Shown here one piece after another: positions 57,118 through 64,000 of a stretch of DNA of 64,000 nucleotides (the stretch's first letter is position 1; each line of letters opens with the position of its first letter). The DNA is from Terriglobia bacterium. GTDB lineage: Bacteria > Acidobacteriota > Terriglobia > Versatilivoradales > Versatilivoraceae. The translations under genes and the position numbers were made by a program. The stretch spans positions 4,844,760 through 4,908,759 of the forward strand of contig OZ244053.1 in the NCBI GenBank assembly GCA_965215235.1, written 5' to 3'. The notes beneath the pieces are model-generated. The model was not told the DNA's origin. It made no database searches and saw nothing but the letters and a program-made list of their open reading frames with translations.

Positions 57118-58244
57118 TGGTCGGCGAATTCGGAATGGGTCATAAAGCCTTCTTCAAAGGGCATATGACAAGAGCTGCACTCTCTGTTGGCTACAGAGCA
57201 GCTCGACCCCATGGAATTCTCGCCACCATGACAGGCCAGGCATTTCGGATCGTAGGACTCGGCCGATTGCGCCAATTTCTCATGCGGGTTATGGCAGGTC
57301 GTGCACTTCAGTTGCTCCGGACTCTCGCTGTAGCATTGGCTCAAAACCAATCGCTGAGCCGGGAAACGGGACACCCGTTTGTCGACCATGTACCTGGAAA
57401 GGGCTTGCAAGTCGCTACCCCCCGGCGGCGCCCCGTGGCAGGCGCCGCAGAAATAAAGCTGCTCAACTGCTGGCATTCTGCCGGGATTTCGTATGGTCGA
57501 GGCAGGATCGCTCTCTCCGTGGACCATGGCCTCGATATGGTTTTTGCCAGGCCCGTGACAGCGCTCACAGTGGACCCCGGCGTTGGCGGGGTCCATCTGC
57601 TCAGGCGGCAGGTCGGCATCTCGGGTGGTGTGGCAGGCAAAGCAATGCTCCCGTTGAGGGGGGGCCATCCAGTCCGCCAGTGCATCGTGGGCGTTGTCGA
57701 CTTTATCCTCCAACCCGGTGGTGATGTCCAGCCCTCCCGTTGTCTGGTACCAGCTCACCCGGCTCTGCCCGTAGGAGCCGGTGTCGGTCATGCCCACGAA
57801 GGTGATTCCTTTCCTCCCAGCCCCCATGCCCCAAAGTAAATGCAGTCTGTCAGTCTCTCCTGCCTTCGTGGCGACCAAGTCGAGGGTGAAATACTGGTTT
57901 TGGGATCGTTCAATGCGATATGCCACCTGATTCTGTGGATCGGGGAACTCCAAGGGAACGGTTTCCAGAAGCTGGGGAATTGAGCGTACTCTTCTCAGGG
58001 TTTGCGGGTGGCCACTCTCCAGTTGGACTTGGGTAATTTCCTTGTGGCACTGAACGCATTGACTCGAACCCACAAAGCCCGATCCATCCGAGGCCAGCGT
58101 CGGGGGCAGTCCCCTCGAGAGACAAATCACCACGGCCATCACCGAGAAAAGGTGGGAACCAAGACTCCTGCTCGGGGTGGCTGATCTTTTGAGTTGACTT
58201 CGGTGCGCCGGTTTGCCGATGGTGATAGGCATCAGTTGTTCCAC
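57084..58244 (-). CDS. Heptaheme c-type cytochrome (cytochrome c554-like family), paralog D
   Basis: Seven CXXCH motifs are present: CVQCH, CFACH, CERCH, CGACH, CTTCH, CLACH, CSSCH. The C-terminus is ..GFMTHSEFADHWIRIVAKTEP. It is a paralog of 63342..64000. Confidence 0.85.
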   Translation of the reverse strand: MEQLMPITIGKPAHRSQLKRSATPSRSLGSHLFSVMAVVICLSRGLPPTLASDGSGFVGSSQCVQCHKEITQVQLESGHPQTLRRVRSIPQLLETVPLEFPDPQNQVAYRIERSQNQYFTLDLVATKAGETDRLHLLWGMGAGRKGITFVGMTDTGSYGQSRVSWYQTTGGLDITTGLEDKVDNAHDALADWMAPPQREHCFACHTTRDADLPPEQMDPANAGVHCERCHGPGKNHIEAMVHGESDPASTIRNPGRMPAVEQLYFCGACHGAPPGGSDLQALSRYMVDKRVSRFPAQRLVLSQCYSESPEQLKCTTCHNPHEKLAQSAESYDPKCLACHGGENSMGSSCSVANRECSSCHMPFEEGFMTHSEFADHWIRIVAKTEP

Positions 58245-59716
58245 CTCCCGATCCCCATTTCCACACGAAACTCGGGGTTTTCCTGCAGCTGGCGATCGTG
58301 CTCATCTCGTTCCACCGGCCGCTGCCTTCGACCATTACGTTTCGCTCCAAGGTCCTTGGACTTGATCCACAAAGCGTTGCGGTAGCGAAATCCGTAAGGG
58401 GATTTGGGCTTGGAATCAAAGGGCACAAAGGTGAACCATTGGGACTTGTCACTAAGTACCCATCCTCCTCGGTTTTGGTAGCCGAAGCTGGGGTAAGCGG
58501 ACCGGCGAAGCCTGACTGAGAGGAATGAATTGGAGTGGGCCAACTGTTGGGCTCGCTGTTGGCTCCAGTGGTTGAGCTCATCCGGCTTTTTTAGCTTGGC
58601 TGAGTGTAGCTTGGACGTTGTCGTCTCGAGCCGGTAGCTTCTGCCTGCTTTGAGCCGCCGCCTCTTCTGATGCTTCCCCATCCAATCCAGAGCGCCTTTA
58701 TGGATCGAGACGCTCAACCGCGGCTCGACGCTGATGCGATACAGTCCCTTGGCGAGGACTTGGATGTCGCCACCCGGAGTTGAGATGGACAAAGAATGGA
58801 TGGCAGGGTTGAAGACGGCAGATTCCACAATGACTTCCCCCTGCAAAACCTCGAACTGCATCTTTGGATAGCCCGTCCGGATGAATCGGACCCGACTCTT
58901 CTCGGCCAACCGTAAATAGCTGCCCGGATTCAAGAGCAACTCGGCCCGACCATTTTCCAAGGTCCTTAATTGTCCCCCAGCGTTCATCTCGTGGCCGGCC
59001 GTCAACAACCAGCGGTTTCTACCGGAGACAAAGTATTGCGGCGGTCTCCCCCAGAAGCTGTTCAATAAGAAAGCAGAACGCACTTGGCCCCACGGGTCCA
59101 GAGGGTCGCGACTGTGCTTGCCCAGTTCGACGACCACCGGACTGTCTTCGGCAGCAGCACTGAGGACGAACCGCTTGCCATCGTTCAAGCTGAGTGGTTG
59201 GCCGTCTCCCTTCAGCCAATTCAACTTGCCGGCGTGAACCGTAACCTCCGCCGAAGACGGGTCCTTCACTTGAATTCGATAGAATCCACCTTTGAGAAAC
59301 TCCAGATCGCCAGCCGGTGTCGATAGACTGAAGGCATGGCGCTTGCTCTTGAAGCCTGCTGATTCGACGACAACGGTTCCCTCCAGGACTCGGAAGTGCA
59401 TCTTTCGGTAGGCCGTGTTGAGAACCTCCAGTCGGGCTTGGTCGACGAGACGAAGATAACCGCCGGGCTGCAACATGATTTCGAGACGGTCCCCACGGCG
59501 TGTATGGATATGATCCTGAGGCTTCAGTCTGTGGCCGATTGGGAGTTCACCCGGCGCGCCATTTCCGCCGGGCAGAAGCAGGTGCTTTCCCTTGACATAT
59601 CTGACAATGCCGGCGTGAGGGTGAGAAATGTGGGCGGCAGGATCCTGCGCCGAAGCCCGGGCAACTCCACTAAGAAGCAGGAAGCCACCAGCCACAGCCA
59701 AGGCCACCGTTCTCAT
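58232..59716 (-). CDS. Secreted protein with two FecR-like domains
   Basis: Signal peptide is MRTVALAVAGGFLLLSGVARASAQ. The internal duplication is ..RGDRLEIMLQPGGYLRLVDQARLEVLNTAYRKMHFRVLEGTVVVESAG..FSLSTPAGDLEFLKGGFYRIQV versus ..NGRAELLLNPGSYLRLAEKSRVRFIRTGYPKMQFEVLQGEVIVESAV..LSISTPGGDIQVLAKGLYRISV. Confidence 0.65.
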   Translation of the reverse strand: MRTVALAVAGGFLLLSGVARASAQDPAAHISHPHAGIVRYVKGKHLLLPGGNGAPGELPIGHRLKPQDHIHTRRGDRLEIMLQPGGYLRLVDQARLEVLNTAYRKMHFRVLEGTVVVESAGFKSKRHAFSLSTPAGDLEFLKGGFYRIQVKDPSSAEVTVHAGKLNWLKGDGQPLSLNDGKRFVLSAAAEDSPVVVELGKHSRDPLDPWGQVRSAFLLNSFWGRPPQYFVSGRNRWLLTAGHEMNAGGQLRTLENGRAELLLNPGSYLRLAEKSRVRFIRTGYPKMQFEVLQGEVIVESAVFNPAIHSLSISTPGGDIQVLAKGLYRISVEPRLSVSIHKGALDWMGKHQKRRRLKAGRSYRLETTTSKLHSAKLKKPDELNHWSQQRAQQLAHSNSFLSVRLRRSAYPSFGYQNRGGWVLSDKSQWFTFVPFDSKPKSPYGFRYRNALWIKSKDLGAKRNGRRQRPVERDEHDRQLQENPEFRVEMGIGRWNN

Positions 59717-60469
59717 CGCATTCCCTCTCGCTTATCAGAAACCTGAACCCGTCATCAGCGCGGTGGGTGCAAGCTGGCACAGCTAATCGGCCGCTGACCC
59801 CTTGAAAATCCGCTGCCTTGGGCGTATACGGTCCCGATTCAGAAGTAGCATCGACTGTCGAACATCCTCCGGCACATCCAATCCGGCAACACCCTGCCCC
59901 CCTGATACGGTTCCCTGTGAACGCACCTATCGCGGTGCGCGTCTCAGGCCAAGTACCCCTATTCTAAAGATCCTTCTTCGTCGATTCCAGTCTGTTCAGA
60001 AGTTTCCTCGCCAAGGCAAGGATACTGGGAGCCATGGCGTCCCGCCCGCTCTGGGGGACCGCAGGTCCCTGCTTGTGGCCGCCTTTCAGATACACCCAGC
60101 AGTCCATGTCGTTTCCGACTACTCAGCGAACGGCTTTAAGAGATTTTTGTCACATCGATGGGCTGGATGTACCGGATGTTTCAATCCAGCAGCCCCGATC
60201 CTGTATATCCTGTTCATCGATGTTCAATAATGAATGACACTGCCTCACGGAGACTGACACCTCTGTTGATCTCCCCAGGTGGATTGCCTCCGACGCAGAT
60301 GCAGATAAAGTGACCGATGGATGCACCGAGTTGGGGAGGCGTCCCGTAGGCTTGCCAGCCCAGGGGCAGTCACGACCCATGCTAAAATCAACAGAGATGG
60401 CAAGGGTGGGTGCTGTTTTCGACGAAACGTGGCCTTCCAGCCACTCATGCAAGAAGTCTGAACCCAGAG

Positions 60470-62168
60470 ATGAACAAGGTTCTAATACTGAGCTTGGTTG
60501 CCTGTCTGACCGGATTGGCGAGGACAGCGGCCAATGATTCGCCCCTTTCCGGAAAGTCGTTGTCTGCCTCCCCCCCCTTGGTCTTTCAGGACGTGGCCGC
60601 CGAAGCGGGATTGGATTTTCAGCACTTCAGCGGAAGTCCCGAGAAACAGTACATCCTGGAGAGTATGAGTGGGGGAGTGGCCTGGATCGACTTCGACCGG
60701 GACGGGTGGGTGGATCTCTATCTGGTCAATGGAGGTCATTGGGAGGAGTTGGTTCAGGGAAAGCGCACGGTCTCCAATGCTCTCTATCGGAACAACGGCG
60801 ATGGAACCTTCACCAACGTAACCCGGAAGGCAGGAGTAGGCAATCAACACTGGGGCATGGGAGTGGCGGCCGGAGACTACAACAACGACGGCTGGGTCGA
60901 CTTGTTCGTCTGCAACTACGGTCCCAATACTCTCTACCGCAACAATGGGGATGGCACCTTTACGGACGTGACCGCCGAGTCCCATGTGGGTGATGGTCGC
61001 TGGGCGGTGAGCGCCGCTTTTGGCGACTACGATGAGGATGGTTGGTTGGATCTTTATGTCACCAACACGGTCCAGTTTGACTACAAGAATCCCGATCCCA
61101 TGGATTGCCACTATCGGGGAATTACCGTTCAGTGCGGCCCCCTGGGCATGATTGGTGATTCCGACATCCTCTACCGCAACAATCGTGACGGCACCTTTGG
61201 TGACGTGAGTGAGCCGGCTGGCGTAGCAGGTGTGACCCCTTCCTATGGTTTGGGCGCCATTTGGAGCGACTACGACAACGATGGAGACCTCGACCTCTAT
61301 GTGGCCAACGATCAGATGGCCAACTTTCTCTTTCGGAATAAGGGAAATGGCGCCTTCGAAGAGGTCGGACTCTTTGCCGGGGGCCGCCTTCAGCGATGAC
61401 GGCGTGGCTCAAGGCAGCATGGGAGTGGATTTCGGTGACTACGACCGCGACGGCCTGCTGGATATTTTCATCACCCATTTTTCCGATGACTACAACACGC
61501 TTTTTCGAAACCTGGGCCAGGGACGATTTCGTGACATGACCCGGGCGGCCGGCTTGACCTTCAACAGTTGGCCGATGGTGGGTTGGGGAACCGGTTTCGT
61601 AGACCTGGACCATGATGGCTGGGAAGACATCTTTGCCGCCAACGGCCACGTTTTTCCCCAAGTGGATGGATACAAAATCGGCACCAGTTTCCATCAACGC
61701 AGCCAGGTTTTTCGAAACCTGGGCGATGGAAAGTTCGAAGAAGTCTCGGCTGGACTCGACAAACTCAAGTCTTGGTCCAGTCGGGGTGTGGCCTTTGCGG
61801 ACTTCGATAACGACGGGGACATCGATGTCGCCGTCAACAACCTGGATGGCGTTCCCTGGCTGTTGAAGAATCAGAAGGGGAGTCAGGCTGGCAACTGGCT
61901 TGTCCTTTCTCTGGAAGGGTCCCGGACCAATCGCAGCGGCATCGGGGCCAGAGTCACCATCAAGACCGGGACAGGACAACAGATCCGGGAGGTGCGCGGG
62001 GGATCCAGCTACGAATCGACCCACGACTTTCGGGTCCACTTCGGCCTTGGCCCGGCGGAGACCGTAAAGAAGTTGAGCATCCGTTGGACCGACGGAACGA
62101 CCCAGACCTTTGAAAAGGTGGTGGCCAACCGGAGCTACCGACTGAAGGAAGGTGGCGAGCTAGAGTAG
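60470..62168 (+). CDS. CRTAC1-family protein (FG-GAP/VCBS + UnbV), paralog E (type I); frameshift at the G5 run 61379-61383
   Basis: Signal peptide is MNKVLILSLVACLTGLARTAA. Track ORFs 60410..61399 and 61245..62168 join as ..FEEVGLFAG|AAFSDDGVAQGSMGVDFGDYDRDGLLDIFITHF, collinear with paralog A. Length is 3n+1. Confidence 0.8.
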
Positions 62169-62295
62169 CGCCTGGTGGGAACGGGCGCAGTGCCGCCGAA
62201 CTTTAAAGAGTGGGTGCAGATCGTAGAGCGCAGGCGCGCCTCTTCAGCGATCGATTGGATTTGTAACGGGCTGCCGTTCGATTTTCTCAACCAGA

Positions 62296-63279
62296 TTGTC
62301 GGTCATGATCCAGCTTTTCCTGTTTTTCTTCACGGCATCTCTCTTCAACTTTGGGGTGGCGCGGGCCTCCGAATCGCCCCGTTACCTGGAGGCCCAGGAG
62401 AGGTATCAGAAGAAGGAATACCTCTTGGCCATGTTGGCCGCTGAGAAGGCTGTGCAGGAAGATGGAGAGAATGCCAACCATCGCTACCTCTACGGGGCCG
62501 TCCTGGCAGCGTTGAAGCAGTTTTCCGATGCCGAAAGCCATCTCCGTAAGGCCGTCGCCTTGGAGCCCCAAAACGCGGAGTCCCTTTACCAGCTGGGGCT
62601 GGTTCTTCTCGAACAGTCGAAGGAAGCGGTCATCAGACGTGGGATGAGTTCTGGCCTGAGATTGTCGCGCAGCGAGGCCATCGATCCCGAGGGTGTGGGA
62701 GTCTTGGAGCGAGCTGTCGAGTTGGATGCCGATCACTTGGAGGCCCGCGTGCGTCTGGCTCGTGCCTATACGGATCAAAATCGCTATGATGAGGCTCTCG
62801 AGCAGTTCAAGGCCGTTGCCGACAGGGATCCTCAATATCCCGACATCCACTCCCACTTGGCTGTGCTCTACCTGAAGATGGGACAGGTTACCCAGGCGAT
62901 CCAGGAGCTGAAAACTGAAGTGGGCTTTTATCCTGACAACGCCATGGCCCGTCTGGACCTTGGTGATCTGCTGTTGCAGTTGGCTCAGCCCAAGCTGGCC
63001 CTGAAGCATCTCCTTGTGGTTGAGCGGAAGAGCCCGGAAACCCCCGACCTCCACTACGCTTTGGCCAGAACCTACCATGCGCTGGGTCGGTTCAAGAATG
63101 CCACGGCCTCAGCGCGCAAGTGCGTCGAGCTGGCCCCGAATTCACCTGCCCCTCGCTACCTGTTGGCGCAGCTCTATCGCCAAAGTGGTCGATCCGATTG
63201 GGCTCGCCAGGAGTTGTCAACTGCAGAAAGACTGAGAAACCAACTGGCTGAAACCTACCGTCCCCCCAAGGCGAACTGA
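62296..63279 (+). CDS. TPR-repeat protein, type I paralog E
   Basis: YQKKEYLLAMLAAEKAVQEDGENANHRYLYGAVLAALKQFSDAESHLRKAVALEPQNAESLYQLGLVLLEQ is alignable with paralogs A and D. Confidence 0.8.
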   Translation: MSVMIQLFLFFFTASLFNFGVARASESPRYLEAQERYQKKEYLLAMLAAEKAVQEDGENANHRYLYGAVLAALKQFSDAESHLRKAVALEPQNAESLYQLGLVLLEQSKEAVIRRGMSSGLRLSRSEAIDPEGVGVLERAVELDADHLEARVRLARAYTDQNRYDEALEQFKAVADRDPQYPDIHSHLAVLYLKMGQVTQAIQELKTEVGFYPDNAMARLDLGDLLLQLAQPKLALKHLLVVERKSPETPDLHYALARTYHALGRFKNATASARKCVELAPNSPAPRYLLAQLYRQSGRSDWARQELSTAERLRNQLAETYRPPKAN

Positions 63280-63341
63280 GCCGGCCGCCTGGCCGGGAAC
63301 CGGAGTGTTCAAAATTCCGGGAGGCCAACTGCGGTCTTCAA

Positions 63342-64000
63342 TCAGTTGGAGGTCGAAACGACCCGAATCCAGTGGTCGGCGAATTCGGAATGGGTCATGA
63401 AACCGGCCTCTTCAGGCATGTGGCATCGAACGCAGTCGTTGTCAGCTTGGGGACAGTGGCTGGCGAATTTTGCTTCCGCGCCGTGGCAGCTCAGGCAGTT
63501 CTGATCGAACGAACTGGCTAGATTCTCGTGAGGATTGTGGCAGGTCGTGCACTTGAGCCGTCCCCCGCTCTCGTTGTAGCAGCGACTGAGGACCAGCCGC
63601 TTGGCGGGGAATCGGACGCTATGATTCATGGCCATGGCGTGACCCAATGCTCTCAGGTCGGCTCCCCCCGGGGGAATGCCGTGGCAGGCGCCGCAAAAGT
63701 AGATCTGCTCGAGGGCGCCCAGGCGGCCTGGGTTGTCGATGCCGTGGGATGGGTTCTTTGAATTTTGAGCCATTGCCAGGATGTGTTGCTCACCCGACCC
63801 GTGGCAGCGCTCGCAGTGAACGCCGGCATCCGCCTCCCGTATGGAATCGGGAGGGACCTCCGCGTTACGGGTCATATGGCAGCTCAGGCAATGCTCGCTC
63901 TCATGGGGATTCATCCAACCCGCCAAGGCGTCGTAGGCGTTGACAGGGCGTTTCTCCAGCCCGGTAGTGACAGATAGTTGGCCGGTCTTCTGATACCAGC
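63342..64000 (-). CDS. Multiheme c-type cytochrome, paralog of 57084..58244; N-terminus beyond the right window edge
   Basis: Six CXXCH motifs are visible (CLSCH, CERCH, CGACH, CTTCH, CLSCH, CVRCH). The C-terminus is ..GFMTHSEFADHWIRVVSTSN. The frame stays open upstream of the track start (63926) to the window end (..TGLEKRPVNAYDALAGWMNPH..). Confidence 0.85.
   Translation of the reverse strand, partial: WYQKTGQLSVTTGLEKRPVNAYDALAGWMNPHESEHCLSCHMTRNAEVPPDSIREADAGVHCERCHGSGEQHILAMAQNSKNPSHGIDNPGRLGALEQIYFCGACHGIPPGGADLRALGHAMAMNHSVRFPAKRLVLSRCYNESGGRLKCTTCHNPHENLASSFDQNCLSCHGAEAKFASHCPQADNDCVRCHMPEEAGFMTHSEFADHWIRVVSTSN

Noticed and set aside
59717-60469. Expected ECF sigma factor gene upstream of the FecR-domain gene
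   Set aside because: I translated the minus strand by hand and found only short ORFs (e.g. MDCWVYLKGGHKQGPAVPQSGRDAMAPSILALARKLLNRLESTKKDL, 47 aa), with no sigma-70 region 2 or 4 motifs. The track ORFs here (59802..60230, 60150..60452) have no recognisable features.
26396-62039. Long antisense ORFs inside every CRTAC1 gene (e.g. 26396..27016, 27044..27958, 46262..46906, 46698..47390, 51569..52162, 52637..53275, 60482..61111, 61122..62039), some similar to each other
   Set aside because: Their mutual similarity is explained by conservation of the sense-strand CRTAC1 paralogs. The repetitive GAC/GGC-rich sense codons give stop-poor antisense frames. They show no independent coding signal.

Overview
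The 64-kb window joins two compositionally distinct parts.

(1) Positions 1 to ~18,500 are very GC-rich (about 70% G+C, estimated by eye from sampled lines, with GC-saturated third codon positions). This part holds a minus-strand surface-polysaccharide locus:
- a partial Wzx-like flippase;
- three tandem ~1.26-kb GT4 glycosyltransferase units, the third fused in frame to the gene upstream;
- a ~2,240-aa O-antigen-ligase/polymerase-like membrane protein whose periplasmic loop carries eight capped plant-type LRR modules.

After it come an IS graveyard (GMC oxidoreductase remnant, ISL3 fragment, DUF4338 fragment plus ISKra4-like transposase), a GT2 gene, and an IS91-family transposase paired with a tyrosine recombinase.

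(2) Positions ~18,500-64,000 have moderate GC (about 55-60% by eye) and Acidobacteria-like gene content: a CBS protein, DUF512 radical-SAM protein, pgsA, tRNA-Val(CAC), a YbaN-like protein, an SSF symporter, hemL, hemB, a GWxTD protein, a CarboxypepD_reg-type TonB-dependent receptor and ParDE. The region is dominated by five paralogous CRTAC1-like (FG-GAP/UnbV) + TPR gene pairs. Three TPR-centred modules (two with a CRTAC1 partner, one with a TIM-barrel lipoprotein in its place) sit next to 7-, 7- and 8-heme c-type cytochromes. A separate cluster of 5-heme cytochrome, TPR-like protein, beta-barrel and 15-heme cytochrome resembles a porin-cytochrome conduit.

At least a dozen genes in both parts are broken by single-base frameshifts, mostly at G/C homopolymers. 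I treat these as probable sequencing indels rather than true pseudogenes. I saw no rRNA, CRISPR array or prophage.
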